This document shows positions 39,915 through 54,927 of a DNA stretch of 64,000 bases, in pieces; the stretch's first letter is position 1; each line of letters begins with the position of its first letter. Source of the DNA: Hemiscyllium ocellatum (Eukaryota); NCBI RefSeq assembly GCF_020745735.1, contig NC_083449.1:8964923-9028922 (forward strand), in the 5' to 3' direction. Below the pieces are notes generated by a model. It was given only the letters and a program-made list of their open reading frames with translations, was not told the origin of the DNA and searched no databases. Made by a program: the position numbers and the translations under genes.

Positions 39915-40560
39915 CAGGACTGGGGGTTTTGAGTTATAGGGAAAGGCTGAACAGGCTGTTGCTTTGTTCCTTAGACTGTCGGTTGGAGAATGAGGTGTGG
40001 CCTTTGTACAGGTTGTGAAAATCATGAGGGGCATGATAGGGTGATAGTCAAGGTCTTTTTCCGAGTATGGATGCTTGCAAAAATAGAGGGCACAGGTTTA
40101 AATTGTGGAGAAAGGATTTAAAAAGGACCTGAGGGGTTCCTTTATCACATAGAGGATGGTGCTCGTATGGAATGAGCTACCAGAGGAAGTGGAGGTGGTG
40201 GGTACAATTACAACGTTTTATAGGCACCTGGATAGGAACAGTTTAGAGGGATATGTGCCAAATGCTGGTAAATGGGACTAGCCATGATGTTGAGGTGCCA
40301 GCATTGCACTGGGATGGACAATATTAAGAATCACACAACACCAGTTTCTCAGACAACAGGTTTATTTTAAAGCACTAGCTTTCAGTGCACTGCTCTGTCA
40401 TAGCTCTGAAAGCTAGTGCTCCCACATAAACCTGTTGTACTATAACCTGGTGTCATGAGAACTTTAATTTAAATGGGACTAGGTCAGATCAGGATCTCTG
40501 GTCAGCAATAACAGCTTGGACCAAAGGATCTGTTTCTGTGCTGTAAAACTGTGTGACTCT
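39915..40560 (+). mobile_element. CR1 3' fragment containing a short palindromic Penelope element (~40282-40469)
   Basis: CR1 tail; insert flanked by taaatgggactag direct repeat. Confidence 0.8.
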
Positions 40561-40915
40561 TGGAAGGCCACACCTTGATGTCATTATCCCCAGTTAGACT
40601 CCGCACTATCAGAGTTGCAAAAGTCCATTGTTTTTGCCTCCTTGACTCTGAAGAACAGCACAGATCCTTTCTGAGACATTGTGTTCTGGTTTCACTTGTC
40701 TGTGAATCTTACAGATACAGTCAAAGAAAATAAGATCTTTCCCATTCACTTCAGGAAACATGAACTGAAAACTCTCTCATTTACTAACTGGCTGTCCACT
40801 TAACAGCAAACATTTAAACTGCTCAGTAGCACAATGCAGGAAGATTTGAAGCATGATTAATCGAGTGTGGGAATCCTTCCTGTTTCATAACAATTGTTCC
40901 TTTCAAAGATCTTTT

Positions 40916-41224
40916 GGCACAGTGGCTCAATGGTTAACACTGTTGCCTCACAGCATCAGAGTCCCAGGTTCGATTGCAACTTCGGGTGACTGTGTGAAGT
41001 TTGCACATTCTCCCTGTGTCTGTGTAGGTTTCCTCCGGGTACTCCAGTTTCCTCCCACAGTCCAAAGATGTGCAGGTCAGGTGAATTGACCATGCTTAAA
41101 TTGTCAATTTGGTGCATAATTCAGAGGGAAAAGATGTTTGGGTGGGTTACTCTTCGGAGGGTCGGTGTGGACTTGTTGGGCTGAAGGGCCTGTTTCCACA
41201 CTGTAGGAAATCTAATCTAATCTA
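40916..41224 (+). mobile_element. HE1-type V-SINE
   Basis: tRNA-like head, V-domain, tail and (TCTAA)n. Confidence 0.9.
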
Positions 41225-42561
41225 AAAATCAATGCATGTACACAACAGCACATGTAGTCAACATTAAATTTTAGTTTCCAAGTTTTTCATGAGTCAATAT
41301 TGCTTTAATCTTTTCACAGTCTGTCACATCTGAGCAGAGTTTTGAAGGACAATAAGCTGTATCCACAGCCCCATTGATAGCACAGACTGGCAGGTACAGA
41401 GTACTTCCCAAGAACACAAATCTTACCAGTGAATGGAAGAAACAAGATGAGTTCTGCACTCACAGAAGAACAAACAGTTGCAGACTGTTTGTGTAATGAA
41501 GGAATTGAAGGAAACTGTTCATTTCTGGACAGAACAAAGAGTGAGACAGTGCCAATACACAGTGGGTACAGAATAACTTACAAAGTGCAGAAATACTGTC
41601 AGGTCAATAGGTCTGTTGGGGAAAAAATAGAAAAGACATGTACTCAAAGAGGTCTCAGTTGGGAGAATTAGCATTTTATTAAACAAGTTATCCAGGACAG
41701 TGTGAGAGTGTGTCAGCCCCAATGTACAAATGAACTTCCTATGGATTTTAAATGCATGTTATCAACTTGGTCAAAAAGTAAGTTCTACTTGTTTATTAGA
41801 AAATACTGAACCTACTGCATATTCACAATGTATTACAATTAAGAGGGAAAGAAATAAGTAAAAATCCAGACTAATTATTCATCCAGTTATCTCACCATGG
41901 CTTAAACATGCTGTCTGACTCTCTGACTGTATCTAATTCTTGTTGTCCAAACTGGAGGAATTAAATAGCAGGCCAAGTGCCAGATTGAAACAAATATTGC
42001 AATCTAATTTGTTTCCACAAGGAGAAAGCAGAATACATCTCAGACAAAATTATTGAATACATACTTTTTTTTTCAAACGGTCCAAAAGGAAATCAAGTAT
42101 TGACATGAAAAGGTACACATTTAAACAGATACCCAGAGATTATTGGACACAGAATGAAAAACTCATACTGGTCTTGTTATGAACATGTGAACAATAAATT
42201 GAAAGTACACATTCAGACCAGAGACTAACCAATCCAGAAAATACCTTACAATCAGAAACTTACCATCGAATAAACTGTGGAAATTATCCAAACTGCTTTA
42301 GTGTGTCAGAGACTGACAATGGTATAAAGTCTCACTTTCATTTACAGTATGTAGAATTTCTCCAGTGCAGATGAAGTCATTCGGCCCATCAGCCTGCAAC
42401 AACTCACCAAAGCACGTCCCACCCAGGTATAGACCCCACCCTACCCCCGTAACCACATTTTTACCATAGTTAACCCACCTAGCCTGAACATTGTTGAATA
42501 TTGCAGGGCAATTTACAATGGCTAATTCAGCTAACTTGGACTGTGGACTGTGAAAGGAAAT

Positions 42562-42766
42562 CTTTTAGGAGAAAGTGAGGACTGCAGATGCTGGAGATCA
42601 GAGCTGAAAATGTGTTGCTGGAAAGGCGCAGCAGGTCAGTTAGCATCCAAAGAGCAGGAGAGTCGATGTTTTGAATCTGAAGAAGGGCTTATGCCTCAAA
42701 CGTGGATTCTTTCTGCTCCTTGGATGCTGCCTGACGTGCTGCGCCTTTCCAGCAACACATTTTCAA
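42562..42766. mobile_element. Short palindromic Penelope-tail element, 13-bp TSD
   Basis: TSD ctgtgaaaggaaa on both sides; inverted arms around a degenerate hammerhead core. Confidence 0.8.
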
Positions 42767-42799
42767 CTGTGAAAGGAAACTAGAGCACCAAGAGGAAAC

Positions 42800-43476
42800 T
42801 GTTGTGAAGATGTGGGTGTACTGTACCTTTAAGAAAGTTATCAGCTAGTAGAACTATCTGACATCACCAAGTGTTCCAAAAAAAAACAAAGTAACATTTA
42901 GTCAAACAAGTAGCTGCCTGGAGACAAAAACATTTGAATTCAACCAATCAGTTGAAATTATATCCCAAAAATATCAAATTCCAATCCAGTTTAAATTGTG
43001 TATATTGACAATCTTAAAAGTCAATGACACATCTGAAGCTCTGGAGGTATAAGACCGAGGAAAATTGAACAGTTGGGAGGAGAATTGCCAAGCCCCCAGC
43101 ATGTAAAAAGACTCCCTGAAAATTATCTCTCTCAAAGGTACCTTTATCAATCAGTGACCTGTGAAGCACAATCTCCAAGAAGAACAAAAGACAACCCGAA
43201 TACAGAAAAGTACCAAAAGCTGCCTGGTTTTGTGATAAGCAGTTTTGTTTTTAAACCTTGAATTCTATCAGACTAGTATTGTAGAAGTAAGGTTAGAGGA
43301 AGGAGTTGTAAGTACTTGTTAGTTAATCACTCTGTTATACTTTAATAAATAAAACTGTTAATCTTTACTTTAACTAGTTCTTGACCTATCAAATTTCCAC
43401 AGATTACTGCATGGGATAAATCTTTTCAGTGTTGCTGGTTTTAAATTAGCAAAGGGGTTTACCCCATGTCGTATCA
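42800..43476 (+). mobile_element. Solo LTR (Gypsy-like)
   Basis: TG...CA termini, internal TATAAG and AATAAA, inserted at aaac within the SINE. Confidence 0.65.
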
Positions 43477-43764
43477 AACCAATGCAGACATGGGGAGCAT
43501 GTCTGTGTGCAAATTGCACACAATGAGCCAAGGCTGGAATTGAAACTGGGTCCCTGGCACCAGTGTGCCACCATGCTACCCTGACGTAGATGCAATAGAT
43601 AAAATCTTATTCATGTTGATCAACACAGACTTGAAGTAAAAAGTGCTCCTGCAGTTTCTGGCAAGTGTCATGTTAAACAGAGCCAAATATTATAAGTACA
43701 GTCATTTATTCAGAGTGCACACGTTGAAAGATACTTTCACATGCATTCATCAATTCATTTAGTT

Positions 43765-43905
43765 GAAAATGTCAGGTACAGGTTGAAAACTGTACGCAAA
43801 CATTCACATTGGAGAAACTGACAGGTATAGATTTAAAACAAAGTTCTCATATTCATTAAAAAAAACTGACAGGTACATTTTGATAACACTCACATTCTCA
43901 GAACT
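43765..43905. repeat. Isolated patch of the ~47-bp satellite
   Basis: gaaactgacaggtatagat, aactgacaggtacattttgataacactcacattc. Confidence 0.7.
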
Positions 43906-45256
43906 TAGTACACACAGGCAGATAAAAATGTCACTGACTTCTCATTTTTCTTATTGCCTTCTGCTTTGAGACATTTAAACTGACACAAGCCTGAAATAAA
44001 TTATTAACTGTAGTGTATATACCCTGCAATTGCTTGACAAATGGAAGGCGTCATTCACCTTTCACTTTATCTCTATCTTACTGTGTGTGCTCACAGATCA
44101 CATACTGACAGATTCAATTACAAGTCATCGTGACATAACAGTGATGGAGTAAAAAAAACATTCATTTCATTTGAAAGTTAGAAATGTTGAGATATTTGCT
44201 CTCTCACATGCCAGTGATTGACAGAAACTGAATAAAAACAAGATTAGAAACAACCATCTGGCAGTTACAGAATGAAATACGGAGTCAGTTGCAAAACAAT
44301 GAATTGTTAGGATACAATACAACTATCCATTGGTGAGAAACTGACATGGACAGTGTGACATCAGCAGTAATATTGTTATTGCCAATTTCTGCAATGTACA
44401 AGATATTTCCCCTTACCAAATGCTGCAGTTGTAAATACATACTTACTGTCAATGCGCAGAAGCTGATATTCAAAGGATATGGGTGTGGAGGGGCGGGGTC
44501 CCAACTGAGACTGTTCGAAGTGGTGTTTGGTCACACCCAAAATTGTCGATACTAAATGAGACCCTTTCTTATGTTAATGACTGACACCTCGACAGTAAAA
44601 ACAACAGGTTACACTTCAGAAAGTTTGAGTTCCAGTCCAGTAACATACTGGCTTGTAAAGACTGTGAAATAGAGTAAACAAAAATGCTTTACCTCCCAGA
44701 AATGGATAGGCACAGATTAGAGGAACATTTCCAAATGGCAGGCAAATGGTATAAAGTTTTACCGCTTACATTAGTGTTTGATGGATATAGAATAAAACCT
44801 GTCTTGAAGTAACTATTACACTATTACACAGAGGACCAGAGCCTCAATGAACAGGTGTTGAATTCATGCCAAATATCTGAATAATGATTCGATAGATCCA
44901 AAATTAAAGTGATACCTATATGACATGCTAATGGTTGCTGGTTAACAGGCATTCGTGTGAAACTGAGAAATGTTCTCAATCCCTGCGTGAAAGTTCAATA
45001 TTCCGAAATAAAAACTGCAGCAATGTGTTCTGATGCACTGTAGTTTACTTACAAAGCACACAGTTACAGACCGGTCTCTGGACCCACGGTTAGCAATCAA
45101 GTTCTCAGAAATATATTAATCCCACAGTCGAGACAAACATTTTCAACCCGTGACTCAAGAGAAGTTTTAAATAGGGACTTTTTTTCATCTCTCTCCAACT
45201 CCGTGCAGTTGAGAACGAATTCCATCAACCCTAAACCTAGAAAACACTCTCAGTCT

Positions 45257-45586
45257 TAGAATCCCTACAGTGTAGAATTAGGCACTTCGGCCCAAGTCCA
45301 CACCGACCCTCCGAAGAGTAACCACCCAGACCCATTCCCCATTATTCTGCATTTACTCCTCATTAATACACCTGGATTAATGTTCCTACACATCCCGGAA
45401 CATTATGGGCAGTTAGCATGGCCAATTCACCTTCCTGCACGTCTCTGAATTGTGAGAGGAAAACTGAGCACCCGGAGGAAACCCACTCAGACACGGGGAC
45501 AATGTGCAAATTCCACACAGACAGTGGCCCGAAACTGAAATCGAATCAGGGTCCCTGGCGCTATGAGACAGCAGTGTAACCACTGA
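45257..45586 (-). mobile_element. HE1-type V-SINE
   Basis: V-domain and CR1-like tail. Confidence 0.85.
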
Positions 45587-45835
45587 GAAAAGTGGCAAGC
45601 TCAATGTTAATTCCAGCCCAGAGAGAGGACCAGAAACAGACATGAAACAAATCTCCCTCAGACTGACAGAAATAGAGTCACCATCCACTTCACATTTCGT
45701 TGCAGACTCTGATAGATCCACGTTGGGTCCCACTGTAACCAATCACAGAAACTTGAGTGTTTGGGAATGACTCCATGGAAACTACCCAACCACTCTACCC
45801 TCCATCCCTTATTAGCATTATGCCGCCGTCAGTGT

Positions 45836-45990
45836 AGGGCTTATGCTCGAAACGTCGATTCCTGATGAAGGGCTTATGCTCGAAACGTCGAATTCTCTAT
45901 TCCTGAGATGCTGCCTGGCCTGCTGTGCTTTGACCAGCAACACATTTGCAGCTGTGATCTCCAGCATCTGCAGACCTCATTTTTTACTTT
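45836..45990 (+). mobile_element. Penelope pLTR tail with partially duplicated hammerhead
   Basis: agggcttatgctcgaaacgtcga occurs twice, followed by the standard tail. Confidence 0.8.
45857..45894 (+). ncRNA. Minimal type I hammerhead ribozyme with intact core
   Basis: Stem I gattc/gaatt; CTGATGA 45862-45868; stem II GGGC-ttat-GCTC; GAAA; palindromic stem III with GTC cleavage triplet. Confidence 0.65.
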
Positions 45991-46012
45991 ATAGAAAGGG
46001 AACGCCAAGTTG

Positions 46013-46317
46013 AATAAAGATTCGTACACTTTGTGTCTTTCACTGTGTCTCACACCTGCACACACACACACACCATGGGTGCTGGGGAAAAAATAAGCAC
46101 TACCGCAGTTAGGCGGTAGTGTGGGAGTTAAAAGAGAAAAAAGAAAAAAGAAAAAAAAGATTCGTACACCTTGTGTCTCTCGGCGTGAATCAAGTCTGTA
46201 CACACACACACACACAACATGGGTGCTGGGTAAAAAAAAATAAGCACTACCGCAGTTAGGCGTTAGTGTGGGGGTTAAAAAAAGGGGAAAAAAAAGTGTC
46301 GGGAAAAAGAAAAAAAG
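46013..46317 (+). repeat. Tandem pair of ~140-160 bp units ((CA)n, GC hairpin, A-rich tail) directly upstream of H2B
   Basis: Both units start aaagattcgtacac; hairpin cactaccgc-agttag-gcggtagtg at 46098-46121 and 46245-46268. Confidence 0.85.
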
Positions 46318-46368
46318 GGTACTCCGAGCCCGCTTTCCCTTATTCTGTGTCTGAAAGTGAGCGGCGCT

Positions 46369-46746
46369 ATGGCTGATGAGAAGAAAGCACAGCAAGCCTC
46401 CAAGAAGGGCGCGAAGAAAATCATCAAGAAGGCGCCAGCGAAGGGCGGCAGAAAGAGGAAGCGGACCAGGAAAGAAAGTTACTCCATCTACATCTACAAA
46501 GTGATGAAGCAGGTTCACCCCGACACCGGCATCTCCTCCAAGGCCATGAGCATCATGAACTCGTTCGTCAATGATATTTTCGAGCGTATCGCGGGAGAGG
46601 CTTCCCGCCTGGCCCATTACAAGCGCAGCACCATCAGCTCCCGGGAGATCCAGACCGCCGTGCGGCTGCTGCTGCCCGGGGAGCTGGCCAAGCACGCCGT
46701 GTCGGAGGGCACAAAGGCGGTGACCAAGTACACCAGCTCCAAGTGA
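46369..46746 (+). CDS. H2B: Histone H2B, 125 aa, in-frame deletion of Asn84; possibly a pseudogene
   Basis: [27 protein letters not shown]...KYTSSK; LAHY-KRST instead of LAHYNKRST; no TATA, octamer or CCAAT immediately upstream. Confidence 0.93.
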   Translation: MADEKKAQQASKKGAKKIIKKAPAKGGRKRKRTRKESYSIYIYKVMKQVHPDTGISSKAMSIMNSFVNDIFERIAGEASRLAHYKRSTISSREIQTAVRLLLPGELAKHAVSEGTKAVTKYTSSK

Positions 46747-46787
46747 AGGACCGGACTGCACTGAAACAAACACATCCACAACCCAAA

Positions 46788-46803
46788 GGCTCTTATAAGA
46801 GCC
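46788..46803 (+). terminator. Histone stem-loop of H2B
   Basis: GGCTCTTATAAGAGCC-ACCCA; HDE degenerate (GACACAGCTG). Confidence 0.92.
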
Positions 46804-47800
46804 ACCCACAAACTTCCTGACACAGCTGAACCATTTCTTTAAGACTTGTTTGTTTTAGTTTGCATGTGATTCTTGATAAAGTATTTTAAGTTTTCGCACT
46901 GCATTCACTTTTATAATTGCTTTGCCATTTGATGAAATGCGTGAATGAAGGGGAAGGGCTGGAAGGGGTGAATATGTCACAAATAGTCCCTCCCCCTGTC
47001 TATAGGGAGACAGCAGATTAAGCACTTTTAAGATTGATTTGTTTTAGTGTGTGTGATTTATGAGCAGGTATCTTTCTTCGAGAACTATGTTTGATATTGT
47101 AAGCGCTTTGCAAATTGACGAGGTGGGGGGAGTGACTTCATAAGAGAGAGAGCAGATTAAACATAAGATCTTATTTGTTCAAGTTGCTAAAAGCCCTGGC
47201 AGAATGTTAACACATACTTTCATCCAAAAAAACCCAAACGGAAGTGCCAACAGCTTTCAGTCGCACGGATGACGCATTTTACCCTTAAAAAAAACATTTC
47301 CATTGCGCGGGGTTAATCCGATTTTTCAGAATGCAAATGCAAAGCCCTTTCTACTGTCGGTGAGTGGCTTTCAAAGTTAACTGAGGGAACACCAAAACAG
47401 CTGCCGGACTGAAACGTGGTGGTTATGCTGAATCTGATCGAGAGCGATAAGGGAGGACGGCTTTAAGATATCGTCTGAACATCGCCATCGATACTGAGCC
47501 GGAAGAATGTTGTGTGCTGCTTTATCAACATGCCGGGGTGCTATTGAAATGTGAAAAGAGCAGGTTGCAGACTGCAGTGTTTGGCCTGTTTTGTTTTAGC
47601 TTAAGTTTTGGAAAATTATCCACTCTCAAGATCAGAAATGGACAGATAGTGGTGGGCAAGTGAGGGAGAGTAAGACCGTGAGAAGGATACATTTGTAAAG
47701 TAAAAGTAAATTGACAAACGAGTAGTAAGTGTTTTAAAAATCTCCTCTTTTTTTTAGTACTTCGTTTTTCAATGTAAAACATATTCCTTTGTGTGTAAGT

Positions 47801-48441
<641 letters not shown>

Positions 48442-48471
48442 AGAGACGTTCCTTGAATCTACCAACCCAAA

Positions 48472-48487
48472 GGCTCTTTTAAGAGCC
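48472..48487 (+). terminator. Histone stem-loop of H2A, followed by HDE
   Basis: GGCTCTTTTAAGAGCC; GTGAAAGGGG downstream. Confidence 0.95.
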
Positions 48488-49228
48488 ACTCACAGCATCT
48501 GTGAAAGGGGTTGACCTCTGTCTAATTACGTATTTCAGAGCCCTGGGCTTTGTACTTGACGTCGAGGAAATTTTATCTCCTTTTCATTGGATATTGTTAC
48601 TGTCTGGGGGAGCAGAGGAAGAATATATCATAAAATGCGATTGCAACAGTGTCTGGAACTACACTATTTTTCATTGCAGGGTCACTGCCTGAGGGATCTG
48701 GCTTTAGGTAATGTCCAATGAGTTTAGACTGGTGTTTCGAGCGTCCCCGATCGGGTTTGGCCTTCCATTAGTTTCATAGTTCGTTGAAGTTGGGACTGGT
48801 TGGGTTGACCCAGAGCAGTAACGGATCAGTCGCTGAAGGAGTCGTCCCTGACCCTCTACGCTTTACTCGGTTCATATACAGTCTTATCCCCATCCTCTGG
48901 AGAGAGAGCGCAGATTGAACACCATTGAGGCATTTTTCAGCTGAAAAGGAGGGGAAGGGGTAAACTGAGACTGTCTAAACTCCAATTTTGTAATGAAAAA
49001 CACAATCAACGCATAGATTCTCCTCTATAAAACACCCTGCTCTTTTGTACACGTTGGCGGGCATTTTCAAATTTGAAAATAAGCCGTTGATGTCTTGGCG
49101 CCAATATTACTTATCTCCATCCCCCGGCACCCACGACGCTAACAGTTAAAGAGAAGAACAATGGGCCCTATACCACTGGAGACGTTTAAAGTGCTCCTTT
49201 ACAACGCTATCATATTTACACAGTCCGT

Positions 49229-49510
49229 GGGCGGCACGGTGGCACTGTGGTTATAACCCAGAGACCTGGGTTCAATTCCCGACTCAGGCGACTGACTGAC
49301 TGTGTGGAGTTTGCACATTCTCCCCATGTCTGCGTGGGTTTCCTCCCACAGTCCAAAGATGTGCGGGTCAGGTGAATTGGCCATGCTAAATTGCCCGTAG
49401 TGTTAGGTAAGGGGTAAATGTAGGGGAATGGGTGGGTTGCGCTTCGGCGGGTTGGTGTGGACTTGTTGGGCCGAAGGGCCTGTTTCCACACTGTAAGTAA
49501 TCTAATCTAA
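49229..49510 (+). mobile_element. HE1-type V-SINE
   Basis: Head, V-domain (small deletions) and tail. Confidence 0.9.
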
Positions 49511-49614
49511 AATGCCAACAGCATTTTCTAAAACAAAAGCCAAACAATGAAATTTCACCACTCTTCGGAAAACATTTTGTTACTGCACTTTAGCTGCCTG
49601 TGTAGTCTGTCAGA

Positions 49615-52126
<2,512 letters not shown>

Positions 52127-52399
52127 ACTAAACCGTCCAGAGAGAGCCGAAATCCACCCCGGCTTTTGGTTTTACGTTAGAAACTCATGCGTTGCTGTTT
52201 TTACACCGGGTTGATTCAGCTATGTTTGACGGAACTAAATCTTGCCGAGATGTAAGTGCCCAGGGACTGACTGATGTATTTGTTTGGCGTTCATTAGCGT
52301 CGATCCTCAGCAAGCGGCAGTGGAGTTACACGTTGAGAATTTAACAGTGATCACACAACACAAATGAAGTACGGATTCCATACATGTCTGAGATTAACG

Positions 52400-52622
52400 T
52401 TAAAAATCACAACACCAGGTTATAGTCCAACAGGTTTAATTGAAAGCACACAAGCTTTAGGAGCGCCGCTCCTTTATCAGGTGGTTGTGGAAGACACAAT
52501 TGTATAACAGAATTTATTGCAAAAATTTAGTGTGATGTAACTGAAATTATACATTGAAAAATACCTTGACAAGATGAAAGGCTCAGCAAACGATCAAGGT
52601 ATTTTTCAATGCATAATTTCAA
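52400..52622 (-). mobile_element. Short Penelope (Neptune-type) tail
   Basis: Reverse complement of ctgataaaggagcggcgctcctaaagct...aaacctgttggactataacctggtgttgtg. Confidence 0.7.
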
Positions 52623-53506
52623 TGCGCAGACCTACCTTAGATATTAATTGATCTGAATAAATCAAATAAACACACATGCGAAAGTGGAGACCTGTGAATG
52701 GGGAAGGTATCACCTCGGGAAGGTTTATTGATCTCCATCTTGTTATTTCACTTCGCGACTTATAACCCTACCGAGTCACGAATGTGACATATTGTAGTAT
52801 TTGTATTTCACTGACCCGTTCAGGAATGTTACTTTGTTCAGTTTTGATTCTGGGACGCTGCGCATGTTTTCATGGCGTGTTCCTTCCATCTGCCTCTTCC
52901 AGACAGTTCAGGCAGCAATTCCACATTGTCTTCGGGCTAATTACAATCTGGAGGGAATAAAAAATAACAGATAAAGTGAGATTCTGTCCTTTTATCGGTG
53001 TACACTGTATTAGCTTTTAAGATGTTTAAATTGGCGGGGTTGTTTCGATTGATTCATGGCCGGTACAACTCGGTTGCTCAGTTTGTCTGGGCTGTTTTAA
53101 ACCCCGCCTTTCCTCCCGCCTGTTACAGACAGATCAGGCAATGATCCCGCCTCCTGTCTGCGCTGACACTAACTAGGTTTTAAAGAATTACGATAAAATA
53201 TTAAATTTTGTCTTTCTTGCAGTCGATGGTGCTTTTCGTTTGAATATTCAATTTAATTTCAGTGTTTGTGAGGGTGAGTTCGGCGGGCATTTTCAAACTG
53301 ACCAACTGCTATTTCACGTTACCCAATCAGTCTCCAACAATTCTTTTCCTGCCTTTCTGTCCCTTCCGGAGGTGTTTCTCTGTGGGCTGAGGGACAGGGC
53401 TGTATCCAATCCCAGCTCTAGGGCGGGCTCTCCATTCCCTTAAACAGGCAGCACCGCAGCAGCCTCAGCATTGATAGCAGCAGTCTGTGTGTGTTACAGA
53501 GAGTAG

Positions 53507-53923
<417 letters not shown>

Positions 53924-53981
53924 ACGGAGCCTGGCCGGCCCTGCACATTCACCCCGAGAGAGAGAGAGAGAGAAACACAAC

Positions 53982-53997
53982 GGCTCTTTTCAGAGCC
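53982..53997 (+). terminator. Histone stem-loop of H3 copy 2, followed by HDE
   Basis: GGCTCTTTTCAGAGCC, then AGAGAGAGC. Confidence 0.95.
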
Positions 53998-54927
53998 ACT
54001 AAACCATCCAGAGAGAGCGGGAAGCGATAGGGGACCTGAGAGCATGCTGTTGCCACACTAAGTCAGTTCTGTTGTTACATATACTGGCTAAAGTATATTA
54101 CATATACTTTTGAATCTAGCCTAGCCGGGGGGAAGTAGTTAGAAGGTACGGCTTTCAGCGGCAATGCTTAGTACATTGGCATGAATAGGTCGGGGAATGT
54201 TATTTCGGATGAAATCTCTCTCCTCATTGTCTCCCGTGGAGTTCCCATTAGCTGTAACTATATGGTCATTGCTGAAAAAGCAGCGGGAAAGATAGCGCCA
54301 AATCATCAACCGTCTTTCACATTTGAAAATCCCGCCACGATGTCGATCATAGAAGGCGGTTTTACAGAAAACAACGCATTCGTACTTAGTCGTTAATTTG
54401 CTTTTCGATCATAAAAGTCCAATTCACACAAACTTTCTTTTAGGGTACTGACTCCAGGAGCTATTTTTAAAGGATTCGAGATTCTCTTCGGAGGGATTCG
54501 ATGGGCCGAATGCCCTCAATCAGTCCCGTCAGGATTTCATGAACATTCTTTGCCGTGAGCGCGTTGATCACGAACACCGCCCTTACATATTATTTTAATA
54601 TCGTGCTCCCTTATTGCGGAAGCTCCACATTAACCAATCCGGCGACTGTTGTGGTTCTGTTTGATCTCGGTTCATTTTGAAAGCTTCTAACCGACAGCAG
54701 GAAGCCTCATTTACATGATTCAATCATCATTCCCACCCAACAGAACCCGCGTGGAGTTTTGGAAATTGAAAAGTCAGTGTAATGTATCTACCCGTGGATC
54801 TGTTTCCCGGGGTTGACACTCAGCTCGCATCCCAACCGGGGCTTGTAGCCCCTGGAATAATCAAACGTTAGAGAGTAACTTGAGCAAATAGCAGCAAATA
54901 GAGAGAGAAAAAAAAAGATTAATATGC

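Larger units (their letters stand above)
42365..43582 (-). mobile_element. Old V-SINE split by two nested insertions
   Basis: SINE pieces at 42365-42560, 42767-42799 and 43477-43582. Confidence 0.7.

Noticed and set aside
46098-46121. Hairpin followed by a T-run on the minus strand, like a bacterial terminator or Helitron end
   Set aside because: Eukaryotic context and no CTRR terminus; better explained as a retroelement 3' end
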